A stretch of 64,000 nucleotides of DNA from Rhodobacterales bacterium (lineage in GTDB: Bacteria; Pseudomonadota; Alphaproteobacteria; Rhodobacterales; Rhodobacteraceae), in assembly GCA_009993005.1 (NCBI GenBank), contig JAACUH010000067.1, forward strand, positions 6,848 through 70,847, given 5' to 3'. The position numbers and the translations under genes are program-made. Positions 27,490-36,130 of this stretch are shown in pieces. Numbering within the stretch: position 1 is the stretch's first letter; the number at the start of each line of letters is the position of its first letter. The notes under the pieces were generated by a model. The model made no database searches. It saw only the letters and a program-made list of their open reading frames with translations, and was not told where the DNA came from.

Positions 27490-29157
27490 CTAGCCCAGCG
27501 CGGCGGAAACGGCCGCCGAGAGCCGTTCGGCATTCGCGCGCGGCAGCGGCAGGTAGAGCGCGCCCATCGTCTCTGCCAGGCGCTTCAGAGCCTGTTCCGG
27601 CCGGTTGCCGGTGTCGATCACGACCCCGTCCATCCCCGCCGCGCGCAAGAGGCGGGCCAGCAGCAGCGCGTCCTCGGCCGCGCGCGGGCGGTCGGGCAGC
27701 CCATCGAGGGCGATATTGGCCCGCCCGTCGGTCAGCAGCGCCAGCGTTGGCGTCAGACCGCGCCGTTTGGCGAGGGCAGCCAGATCATGCGCCGCGCGCA
27801 GACCGGCGGCAAGCGGCGTGCCTCCGCCACCCGGCAGCGCCGCAAGCCGCCGTTTGGTCTGCACCAGACTCCGCGTCGGCGGCAGCAGCACCTCGGCCGC
27901 GGTCCCGCGAAACGCGATCAGCGCCACATGGTCGCGCCGTGCATAGGCCTGCGCGAGAAGCAGTTCGACCGCGCCCTTGGCCTCGGCCAGCCGCGCCAGC
28001 GCGGCAGAGCCGGAGGCATCCACGGCAAAGATCAAGAGCCGGTCGGATTTGTCCTCGAACCGCTTGAGCCGGATGTCACCCGCGCGCACCAGCACGCCCG
28101 CGCCGCGCGGCGCGCCGTTTGCGCGGATCACCTGCCAGGGGGCCGCGGCGCGCAGCGTCGCCACGATGTCGATGCGCGCGCCATTGCCCAGCCGTCCGGC
28201 GCGCGGTGGCAGCGGACGACCGCGCCGGTTGCCCTTGCGCGCCGCCCCCGTGCCGCTACCGGTGCCGCCGCGCGCGGCCTTGGCGGCGAGCCGGGCGAGC
28301 AGGTCGGGTGGCAGCAGCGCGCGCACGGCCTCGAGCAGCAGCTCGTCAGGCAGGGTCAGGTCGTCGCTTTGTTGCTCTTCGCCGTCGCCGTCGTTTTCGG
28401 GCGGGGTATCCTCTTTGGCGGGGGGCTCCGGCGCCTCGGGCACTTGCGTCGCGCGATGGGCGAGCGTCAGGGCGCAGGCGGCGGTCAGGTCGTCGTCATC
28501 GACACTGTCATGGCCCAAAAGCGCCGCATGGGCCCGCGCGGCGCGCAGCGCAAAGAGCGGCGCGCGCAGGCTGTCGATGCCCAGCGCGGCACAGATACCG
28601 ATGATCCGCTCGGCCAGGTCGTCGCCTGTGATCACATGGGAGAGAGCGGTGCGCGCGCTGGCCATCTCATCCGGTTCGGGCGGAAAGCCGGTGATGTCGC
28701 CCATCGCCACATCGCCCAGGTCGATGTCAAAGGCGAGCCGCTCCGCCAGCACCTGCGGCGCGCGTTCATCCTCGGCCGCGCCTTCGTCGAGCGCGATCAG
28801 GCAATGCCCGGCGTCCCTGTCCAGCGCCATCGCCAGCCGCGCGGCAAGCTGCTGCGGGCAGCGTTCCGCCATCGTCAGCACAAGCGCGGCGGGGCGTGCC
28901 AGCAGACCCTGTTCCTGCACGATCCGCCCCTTGGCCAGCGTCGCCGACAGGTCGAGCCCGCCAAAGAGCGCCTCATCCGTGACCTGCGGATGCAGCCGGA
29001 CCTGCGGCAGCGGCAGCGCCGGCAGCAGCGCCGTCACCGCGTCGCGCACCGGGCCTGACCGCGCGCGCAGGACCATGCCACCGAGGCCGGCGGGGTCGAT
29101 GGCCAGCAGCGCCAGCGCCAGCGTGGCGCGGCCAAAGGGGGTGTCCTGCTCAGGCAA
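27490..29157 (-). CDS. bchD: magnesium chelatase subunit D
   Basis: ORF track 27490..29382, trimmed to TTG 29157 (MPEQDTPFGRATLALALLAIDPAGLGG). It has an acidic linker and a C-terminal VWA domain with MIDAS FAVDASGS. It overlaps the bchI stop by 8 nt. The start is uncertain. Confidence 0.9.
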   Translation of the reverse strand: MPEQDTPFGRATLALALLAIDPAGLGGMVLRARSGPVRDAVTALLPALPLPQVRLHPQVTDEALFGGLDLSATLAKGRIVQEQGLLARPAALVLTMAERCPQQLAARLAMALDRDAGHCLIALDEGAAEDERAPQVLAERLAFDIDLGDVAMGDITGFPPEPDEMASARTALSHVITGDDLAERIIGICAALGIDSLRAPLFALRAARAHAALLGHDSVDDDDLTAACALTLAHRATQVPEAPEPPAKEDTPPENDGDGEEQQSDDLTLPDELLLEAVRALLPPDLLARLAAKAARGGTGSGTGAARKGNRRGRPLPPRAGRLGNGARIDIVATLRAAAPWQVIRANGAPRGAGVLVRAGDIRLKRFEDKSDRLLIFAVDASGSAALARLAEAKGAVELLLAQAYARRDHVALIAFRGTAAEVLLPPTRSLVQTKRRLAALPGGGGTPLAAGLRAAHDLAALAKRRGLTPTLALLTDGRANIALDGLPDRPRAAEDALLLARLLRAAGMDGVVIDTGNRPEQALKRLAETMGALYLPLPRANAERLSAAVSAALG

Positions 29158-30154
29158 GCACCGTCTCCACCACCCGGGCCACGCGCGCGCCGCTGCCCGC
29201 CTCGTCCAGCGGGTCGCGCCGCAGCCGGTGGCGCAGCGCCATCGCCGCCACGTCGCGCACATGCGCGCGCGTGAGCGCGGTATCGTCGCGCCAGGCGGCA
29301 TAGGCCCGCGCCGCGCGCAAGAGCGTGAGTTCGCCGCGCAGCCCGTCGGACCCGAGCGCAAGGCAGAGCTCGGCCACGTCATGCAGGGTCTTTTCGGGCG
29401 TCTTGAGCAGTTTGAGCGCCTTGCGCGCGGTCAGGATGCGGTCGCGGATCGCGGCATCCTCGGCCTGCCAGCGCAGCATGAAGGCGGCGTTGTCATTGTC
29501 ATAGGCATCGCGTCGGCGGATCACCTCGACCCGCGTTTCGATGTCCTTGGGCGATGTCACCTCGACCGAGAGGCCGAACCGGTCGAGCAATTGCGGCCGC
29601 AACTCGCCCTCCTCGGGGTTGCCGGACCCCACCAGCACGAAACGCGCGGCGTGGCGGATGCTCAGCCCTTCGCGCTCCACCACATTCTCGCCCGAAGCGG
29701 CGACGTCGAGCAGCAGATCCACGATGTGATCCTCGAGCAGGTTGACCTCGTCGATATAGAGGTAGCCGCGGTTCGCCCGTGCGAGCAGGCCGGGCTGAAA
29801 CGCCTTTTCGCCCCGCGTCAGCGCCTTTTCGATGTCGAGCGCGCCAGTCACGCGATCCTCGGTCGCGCCGAGCGGCAGATCGACGACAGGGGTCGGGATG
29901 CTATGGGTGATTTTCGTCTCTATCCCGGCCCAATCGGGCACATCTGCCGCCGTTTCACCGTTGACCGGGCAGCCCTTGACCACCGTGATCGGTGGCAACA
30001 GTGCCGCCAGCGCGCGCACGGCAGTCGATTTTCCGGTGCCGCGGTCGCCAAAGACCAGCACGCCGCCGATGCCGGGGTCGATCGCGGTCAGGATCATCGA
30101 CAATTTCATCTCTTCCTGGCCGACGATGGCGGAAAAGGGAAAAGGGTGTTTCAT
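29150..30154 (-). CDS. bchI: magnesium chelatase ATPase subunit I
   Basis: ORF track 29150..30202, trimmed to ATG 30154 (MKHPFPFSAIVGQEEMK). It has Walker A GDRGTGKST and Walker B YIDEVNLL, and an ATGA overlap with the crtA stop. Confidence 0.95.
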   Translation of the reverse strand: MKHPFPFSAIVGQEEMKLSMILTAIDPGIGGVLVFGDRGTGKSTAVRALAALLPPITVVKGCPVNGETAADVPDWAGIETKITHSIPTPVVDLPLGATEDRVTGALDIEKALTRGEKAFQPGLLARANRGYLYIDEVNLLEDHIVDLLLDVAASGENVVEREGLSIRHAARFVLVGSGNPEEGELRPQLLDRFGLSVEVTSPKDIETRVEVIRRRDAYDNDNAAFMLRWQAEDAAIRDRILTARKALKLLKTPEKTLHDVAELCLALGSDGLRGELTLLRAARAYAAWRDDTALTRAHVRDVAAMALRHRLRRDPLDEAGSGARVARVVETVLA

Positions 30155-30861
30155 GCGGGCTCCAGTATCGGCAAGTGGGCGAGGGGCGAGGCCCCGTTCC
30201 ATGTCCCGCTATCAGACTGCACGCTGAAGCGGGCGTAAAGCTCTTCGCTGAACCAGGCGCCGTCGCGCACGGCGCGGATCGCGGCGGCATGCGGGCCTGT
30301 GCGGGCGAAACCGGCCATCGCCTGCTCGTCCGGCCAGATCGAAAAGGTGACCTGATGCAAGAGCGGCACCTCGCCGATCCCAATCTTGAAAGCCACGTTG
30401 AGATCAGAGCCTATCATGGCGGAAATGTCGGGCACCCGGCGCCAGAATTGCAGCGCGATGCGCGGCTTTACGGTGGCACGGGTCAGCGCGGCGATGGGGC
30501 CGGGCATCGCGGGTCCGGGCGTAAAGGGCGCGCGCCCGGACCAGGCGCCGCGCGCCTGTGTCGGGCTGAGAAACACGGTCCAGCTTTCCGTGGCGCGCGC
30601 GCGGTAGCGACGAAAGATGCCGGCCTGCGCGACCTGAGCGCGCGCGACCTCATGCGAGGGCCAGGTGGCAAGGATCGCATAGACGGCCGTGTTGGGCAGC
30701 GGGGTGAAGCCCACGCCGGTGCCCGAGCCGCAAAGCTTCCAGAAGCCGATCTGCGGCACGCGTGCGAGCGGCCCGCGCGCCGCGCCCATCATGCCCAGCG
30801 CCCAGAGCCGCGCCAGCGGCCCGGCAAAGCGGAAAAAGGACAGGCTGACGGTCTGGGTCAC
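30151..30861 (-). CDS. crtA: spheroidene monooxygenase
   Basis: ORF 30151..30861. MTQTVSLSFFRFAG...GFWKLCGSGTG matches my recollection of Rhodobacter CrtA. Confidence 0.9.
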   Translation of the reverse strand: MTQTVSLSFFRFAGPLARLWALGMMGAARGPLARVPQIGFWKLCGSGTGVGFTPLPNTAVYAILATWPSHEVARAQVAQAGIFRRYRARATESWTVFLSPTQARGAWSGRAPFTPGPAMPGPIAALTRATVKPRIALQFWRRVPDISAMIGSDLNVAFKIGIGEVPLLHQVTFSIWPDEQAMAGFARTGPHAAAIRAVRDGAWFSEELYARFSVQSDSGTWNGASPLAHLPILEPA

Positions 30862-30877
30862 GGGGGCCTCGGGTAAG

Positions 30878-30895
30878 TGTCAACTTATCCTGACA
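30878..30895. promoter_or_regulatory. PpsR/CrtJ palindrome TGTCAACTTATCCTGACA
   Basis: A perfect TGT-N12-ACA site, 17 nt upstream of the crtA start in the crtA/crtI divergent spacer. Confidence 0.8.
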
Positions 30896-30988
30896 GACCG
30901 CGGGTGCTTTGGAAAGGTCATGCGACACTTTGCGTGGCGCGCAAATCGTTGCAAGCGATGGATTGTCAGACTCGCCAGCCCGAGCTAC

Positions 30989-31006
30989 TGTAAGTCTATG
31001 TTGACA
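30989..31006. promoter_or_regulatory. PpsR/CrtJ palindrome TGTAAGTCTATGTTGACA
   Basis: A perfect TGT-N12-ACA site that contains the only plausible crtI start codons (ATG 30998, TTG 31001). Confidence 0.8.
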
Positions 31007-32614
31007 CATCCCCCCGCCAATCTCGCCCCCGGTCTCGCGCCAGATCTCGCGCCCGACCCCGCCCTCGCCAACCGCGCCATCGTCATCGGCGCGGGCCTCG
31101 GCGGGCTTGCCGCCGCGATGCGCCTTGGCGCCAAGGGCTACCGCGTCACCGTGCTCGACCGGCTCGACCGGGCGGGCGGGCGCGGGTCGTCGATCACGCA
31201 GGACGGGCACCGATTCGACCTCGGGCCGACCATCGTGACCGTGCCGCAGGTGTTCGAGAGCCTCTGGGCCGCCTGCGGGCGCGATTTCCGCGCCGATGTG
31301 GACCTGCGCCCGCTCGACCCGTTTTACCGGATCGCCTTTGCCGATGGGTCGCATTTCGACGCGACCGGCGACACCGACCGCATGGTGGCCGAGGTCGCGC
31401 GGCTGAGCCCCGGCGATGTGGCGGGCTACAAGCGGTTTCTCAAGGATAGCCAGCGCCGATTCGTCGTGGGCTATGAGGGGATGGTCGCCAAGCCGATGCA
31501 CCGGTTCTGGGAGACGCTCAAGGTCATCCCCGAGTTTGCCCGCCTGCGCGCCGACCGCTCGATATTCGGCCTGGCAAAGCGGCGTGTGGCGGACCCGCGG
31601 CTGCGCATGGCGCTGTCCTTCCATCCGCTCTTTATCGGTGGCGACCCGATGCATGTCACCTCGATCTATGCGCTGGTGAGCCATCTGGAGAAGGAATACG
31701 GCGTCCATTACGCGATGGGCGGTGTGCAGGCGATTGCCGACGCGATGGTGGATGTGATCACAGCGCAGGGCGGCGAGGTGCGGCTGAATTGCGAGGCGGA
31801 CGAGATCCTGTTCAACGGCGATGCCGCGACCGGCGTGCGGATGGCGGATGGCACCAGCCTGCTCGCGCCCTTGGTGGTGAGCAATGCTGACGCCGGGCAC
31901 ACCTATACGCGGCTGTTGCGCAACCGCACGCGGCGGGTGTGGAGCGACCGCAAGGTGGCCGCGCGGCGCTGGTCGATGGGGCTATATGTCTGGTATTTCG
32001 GCACCAAGGTCACGCGCGGCATGTGGCCGGATCTGGGCCATCACACGATCCTGAGCGGGCCGCGCTATGAGGGCCTGCTGCGCGACATCTTCATCAAGGG
32101 TCGCCTCGCCGATGACATGAGCCTGTATATCCACCGGCCGACCGTGACCGACCCCTCGGCCGCGCCGGCGGGCGATGATACGTTCTATGTGCTCTCGCCG
32201 GTGCCGCATCTGGGCCATGAAAACCCGGTGGATTGGCAGACGGAAGAGCCGATCTATCGCGAAAAGGTCGCGGCAGAGCTGGAAAAGGTCATGCCCGGCT
32301 TTCGCGATCACCTCTCCACCAGCCTGGTGTTCACGCCCGAGACCTTTCGCGACCGCTATCTGTCGCCGCATGGCGCGGGCTTTTCGATCGAACCCCGCAT
32401 CCTGCAAAGCGCCTGGTTCCGCCCGCATAACGTGAGCGAAGAGGCGCGCGGGCTCTACCTCGTGGGTGCGGGCACGCATCCCGGCGCGGGCCTGCCCGGC
32501 GTGGTGTCGAGCGCGGAGGTGCTGGGCAAGCTGGTGCCCGATGCGCCCGAAGTGCCTGAACAGAGCCTGAAACGGGGTCTGAAACGGGGCCTCCCGCGGA
32601 TGGCGGCCGAATGA
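30998..32614 (+). CDS. crtI: phytoene desaturase
   Basis: ORF track 30689..32614, trimmed to ATG 30998. IVIGAGLGGLAAAMRLGAKGYRVTVLD is the FAD fold, and there is strong CrtI-like sequence throughout. Confidence 0.93.
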   Translation: MLTHPPANLAPGLAPDLAPDPALANRAIVIGAGLGGLAAAMRLGAKGYRVTVLDRLDRAGGRGSSITQDGHRFDLGPTIVTVPQVFESLWAACGRDFRADVDLRPLDPFYRIAFADGSHFDATGDTDRMVAEVARLSPGDVAGYKRFLKDSQRRFVVGYEGMVAKPMHRFWETLKVIPEFARLRADRSIFGLAKRRVADPRLRMALSFHPLFIGGDPMHVTSIYALVSHLEKEYGVHYAMGGVQAIADAMVDVITAQGGEVRLNCEADEILFNGDAATGVRMADGTSLLAPLVVSNADAGHTYTRLLRNRTRRVWSDRKVAARRWSMGLYVWYFGTKVTRGMWPDLGHHTILSGPRYEGLLRDIFIKGRLADDMSLYIHRPTVTDPSAAPAGDDTFYVLSPVPHLGHENPVDWQTEEPIYREKVAAELEKVMPGFRDHLSTSLVFTPETFRDRYLSPHGAGFSIEPRILQSAWFRPHNVSEEARGLYLVGAGTHPGAGLPGVVSSAEVLGKLVPDAPEVPEQSLKRGLKRGLPRMAAE

Positions 32615-33633
32615 CCCGGGCCGACGACCTCGCCCATTGCCGCGCGGCGATCCGTACCGGGTCGCTGTCGTTTCATGCCGCGTCACGGCTGTTGCCCGCA
32701 CGGGTGCGTGACCCGGCGCTGGTGCTCTATGCCTTTTGTCGGCTGGCCGATGACGAGGTCGATGAAGGGACGGACAAGGCCAGCGCCGTGCTGCGCCTGC
32801 GCGACAGGCTCGACCTTGCCTATGCAGGCCGGCCGCGCAATGCGCCCGAGGATCGTGCCTTTGCCGCCATTGTAGAGACGTTCGAGATGCCGCGCGCATT
32901 GCCCGAGGCGCTGCTCGAAGGGCTCGCCTGGGATGCGGTCGGGCGGCGCTATGCCACGCTGTCGGGCGTGCGCGACTATTCCGCCCGCGTGGCCGCGGCG
33001 GTGGGCGCGATGATGTGCGTGCTGATGCGGGTGCGCGACCCGCATGCGCTGGCGCGGGCCTGTGATCTGGGCGTGGCGATGCAACTGACCAATATCGCGC
33101 GCGACATCGGCGAGGATGCGCGCGCCGGGCGGCTCTATCTGCCGACCGGCTGGCTGGCCGAGGCCGGGATCGACGCCGGGGATTTCCTGCGCGCCCCCGC
33201 CGCGACGCCCGCGATCCGGCGGATGGCCGGGCGGCTCCTGGCCGAGGCGGACAGGCTTTATCTGAGGTCCGAGGCCGGGATCGGCGCGCTGCCGCGCGAT
33301 GCGCGGATGGGGATCTGGGCCGCGCGGCTGATCTATGCCGGGATCGGGCGCGAGGTCCGTCGCCAGGGTTGCGACAGCATCACCCGGCGCGCGCATACCT
33401 CTGCCGCGCAAAAGATCGGCTGGATGGCACAGGCCTGCGCGCGGGCGGCGGGTGGCAGCCTCATGCCGCGCTCTGCCGTGATCTATGCGCCCCCGCTGGC
33501 CGAGACGGCCTATCTGGTCGATGCCGCAGGCCGCGCCGTGGCCGACCGGGGCCGCACCCATGCGCTGCTCGACGTGCTCGCGCAATTGAAAGCGCGCGAA
33601 ATAAGGGTTGGAACCCGGGGGCAGGGCGCTTAG
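32611..33633 (+). CDS. crtB: phytoene synthase
   Basis: ORF 32611..33633 with an ATGA overlap with crtI. The pattern is the squalene/phytoene synthase one (YAFCRLADDEVDE). Confidence 0.93.
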   Translation: MTRADDLAHCRAAIRTGSLSFHAASRLLPARVRDPALVLYAFCRLADDEVDEGTDKASAVLRLRDRLDLAYAGRPRNAPEDRAFAAIVETFEMPRALPEALLEGLAWDAVGRRYATLSGVRDYSARVAAAVGAMMCVLMRVRDPHALARACDLGVAMQLTNIARDIGEDARAGRLYLPTGWLAEAGIDAGDFLRAPAATPAIRRMAGRLLAEADRLYLRSEAGIGALPRDARMGIWAARLIYAGIGREVRRQGCDSITRRAHTSAAQKIGWMAQACARAAGGSLMPRSAVIYAPPLAETAYLVDAAGRAVADRGRTHALLDVLAQLKAREIRVGTRGQGA

Positions 33634-33669
33634 TTACCATAGCGACACCCATGAAAGGGGCGCCGCGCC

Positions 33670-34149
33670 ATGGATCTGATGTTTTTCGCGATCTTTCTCG
33701 TGGCGACCTTCGCCGCAGGGGCAACCGGGGCGATGTTCCCGACCGGTGAGTGGTACAAAAGGCTCAACAAACCATCCTGGACGCCGCCCAACTGGGTGTT
33801 TCCTGTGGCCTGGACCTCGATCTACCTGCTGATCGCCTTTGCCGGCGCGCGTGTCGCGCCGCTAAATGGCAATGGCTATGCGATGGCCTTCTGGGCGTTG
33901 CAGATCGCGTTCAATACGCTGTGGACGCCGATTTTCTTTGGCCTGCGGCGGCTCAAGGGGTCGCTGCCGGTGATGGCGGGGCTCTGGCTGGCGGTCGCGG
34001 GGGCGACCGTGACGCATATGCAGCTCGACCTTTGGGCGGGGCTCGCCTTTGTGCCCTATCTGGCCTGGGTGACGGTGGCGGCCGCGCTCAACATCGAAAT
34101 GGCGCGGCTGAACCCGGACGCCGTGCCGCTCGAACCCGCCAAGCTCTGA
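33670..34149 (+). CDS. tspO: tryptophan-rich sensory protein TspO (CrtK)
   Basis: ORF 33670..34149. It is a five-TM Trp-rich protein (NKPSWTPPNWVFPVAWTSIY) at the canonical position after crtB. Confidence 0.92.
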   Translation: MDLMFFAIFLVATFAAGATGAMFPTGEWYKRLNKPSWTPPNWVFPVAWTSIYLLIAFAGARVAPLNGNGYAMAFWALQIAFNTLWTPIFFGLRRLKGSLPVMAGLWLAVAGATVTHMQLDLWAGLAFVPYLAWVTVAAALNIEMARLNPDAVPLEPAKL

Positions 34150-34153
34150 GGCG

Positions 34154-35224
34154 TTACGCGCCCCAGGTCCGGCGCAGCACGCCGATCCAGTTTTCGTGGC
34201 AGAGCTTGCGCAAGAGCGCATCATCATAGCCATGCGCGCGCAGCGCCTCCTGAAACGCCGGCAGGCCGGTGACATCGCCGATCGGCGCAGGGATCTCGGC
34301 GCCGTCGAAGTCCGAGCCAAAGCCGACATGGTCCTCGCCCAGATGCGCGATCAGATGGTCGAGGTGGCGCAGCATCACGTCGTGCCCGAAATCCGGGTCG
34401 CGCCGCCCGTCGGGCCGCAGGAATGCGGTGGCAAAGTTCAGCCCGACCATGCCGCCGCTGTCGCGAATCATGGCAAGCTGCCGGTCGGTGAGGTTGCGCG
34501 CCGAAGGGCAGATGGCATGCGCGTTGGAATGGGTGGCGACCAGGGGCGCGTCGCTGATCGCGGCCACGTCCTCGACCCCCTTGGCATTCATGTGCGACAG
34601 GTCGATCATGATCCGCAGGCGATTGCATTCGCGCACCAGCCGCGTGCCCGCCTCGGTCAGGCCCGGGCCGGTGTCGGGGCTCGATGGATAGCGGAACGGC
34701 ACGCCATGGCCGAATGCGGTGGGCCTGCTCCACACCGGGCCAAGCGACCGCAGACCCATCGCGTGAAACACATGCAGCGCGTCGAGGTCGGGGTCGATCG
34801 CCTCGGCGCCCTCCATATGCATGACGGCAAAGATGATGCCGCGCGCCAGGCAGTGCTCGATCTCGGCCACCGTGCGGCAGATGCGAAAGTCATCGGGCGT
34901 GAGCCGTTCGAGCCCCAGCAGATGCCCCGCTTGCAAGAGCGCCACGGGCTGCGCCTCGGCCAGTGACAGCGCCGGCGGCAAGGGTAGCGCATAGGGCGGA
35001 TGCGCCATCATCTCGTTCATGGCGGCGAGGCCGGGTGCGTCGCTGTCGGGCCGCACGGGAATGTAGATGGCAAAGAACCCGCCCGCGAAATGCCCCTTGC
35101 GCATCCGCGGCAGGTCAAGATGCCCACCGCCCGCCTGCCCGCTCCAGATCGCCTCGCGCCCGGCGGGGTCGGTCATCAGCCGCAGGAGAAGGTCGTTATG
35201 GCCGTCAAGGATGGGAATGGTCAT
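34154..35224 (-). CDS. membrane dipeptidase (peptidase M19 family)
   Basis: ORF 34154..35224 with the ILDGHNDL metal-binding start and the THSNA, GLNF and GSDFDG motifs of renal-dipeptidase-like enzymes. Confidence 0.8.
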   Translation of the reverse strand: MTIPILDGHNDLLLRLMTDPAGREAIWSGQAGGGHLDLPRMRKGHFAGGFFAIYIPVRPDSDAPGLAAMNEMMAHPPYALPLPPALSLAEAQPVALLQAGHLLGLERLTPDDFRICRTVAEIEHCLARGIIFAVMHMEGAEAIDPDLDALHVFHAMGLRSLGPVWSRPTAFGHGVPFRYPSSPDTGPGLTEAGTRLVRECNRLRIMIDLSHMNAKGVEDVAAISDAPLVATHSNAHAICPSARNLTDRQLAMIRDSGGMVGLNFATAFLRPDGRRDPDFGHDVMLRHLDHLIAHLGEDHVGFGSDFDGAEIPAPIGDVTGLPAFQEALRAHGYDDALLRKLCHENWIGVLRRTWGA

Positions 35225-35290
35225 GGGGGGTCCGGGCGTAAGTGTTTCGCGCAGGATAGGGTGTCGCCGGGCCGCGTCCAGCCCTTGTCG

Positions 35291-36130
35291 TCAGAACCGC
35301 CAGCCCGCCCGGCGCGGCACCCGCATGGCCAACATCGGCTTGAGCCAGGGCGAGGCAAAGCGGTCGAGGTCGAGCGCCTCGTGCACGCCGGTTACCACCT
35401 CACCGCCGATCTGCGTGCGCACGGAGGACCGCGAATAGAACGGTGCGTCGAGCATCCCGAGCACCTGCCGCGGCACCACGCCCGGGTCGGCGCGCGTCTC
35501 GCGCCGCACCTGCCAGAGCGAACGGCGGAAGGGCGTGCGCGGCGGCGCCGTCACCATCTGCGCATCGCCTTGCCCGTCAAAGCGGATCGCGGCGTCGAGC
35601 GTGCTGCCGTCACGGCGCACGGCGTCATAGAAACAGATCGCGCCGTCGCGCGTCGGGTAGCGCCCCCAGGTCCAGAAGCTGAAATCCTTCTCCAGCGCGC
35701 GCGTCCCGAAATTGGCGTCGAAATAGCCGTGCCCCTGCCAGTTCCAGCCTTTCGCCTCGAGCGCGACCTCGATCCGGGCCGAGGGCGCAAAGGGCCGCCA
35801 GACATGCGCGCCATCCGGCGTCAGCGGCAGCTCGACCCCGGTGAGCGCGTCGGGGATCAGCGTGATGGTGCCGCGCACGCGGCTGATGAGGGGCGGGCTG
35901 CTGATTTCGTCGATCCCGATCACCAGCCGGTCGCCCTGCCAGCGCATTGCCGAGGGGCCGACCGTCAGCGCGTCGGATTCGGCGCGCAGCGCGGCGCGGC
36001 CCCGGTCGGTCATGGTGAACCGGCCTCCGGGACCATAGGTCGCCACGTTGATGCAGCAATGGTTGGCAGGCTCTCGCCGGCCCGACCAGGCATACCAGGG
36101 CGAAAAGACCGACCCTATGAACCCGATGAC
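35291..36130 (-). CDS. crtC: hydroxyneurosporene synthase (acyclic carotenoid 1,2-hydratase); start codon unresolved
   Basis: Frame of ORF 35291..36619. CrtC-like sequence starts at the latest at VIGFIGSVFSPWYAWSGRREPANHCC (36130) and continues upstream to about 36211. The first canonical in-frame starts are GTG 36046 and ATG 36013. Confidence 0.8.
   Translation of the reverse strand, partial: VIGFIGSVFSPWYAWSGRREPANHCCINVATYGPGGRFTMTDRGRAALRAESDALTVGPSAMRWQGDRLVIGIDEISSPPLISRVRGTITLIPDALTGVELPLTPDGAHVWRPFAPSARIEVALEAKGWNWQGHGYFDANFGTRALEKDFSFWTWGRYPTRDGAICFYDAVRRDGSTLDAAIRFDGQGDAQMVTAPPRTPFRRSLWQVRRETRADPGVVPRQVLGMLDAPFYSRSSVRTQIGGEVVTGVHEALDLDRFASPWLKPMLAMRVPRRAGWRF

Noticed and set aside
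27977-30238. 753-aa plus-strand ORF (and 27229..29058)
   Set aside because: It lies antisense to bchD and bchI, which have clear Walker and MIDAS motifs. It is Ser/Ala/Arg-rich low complexity.
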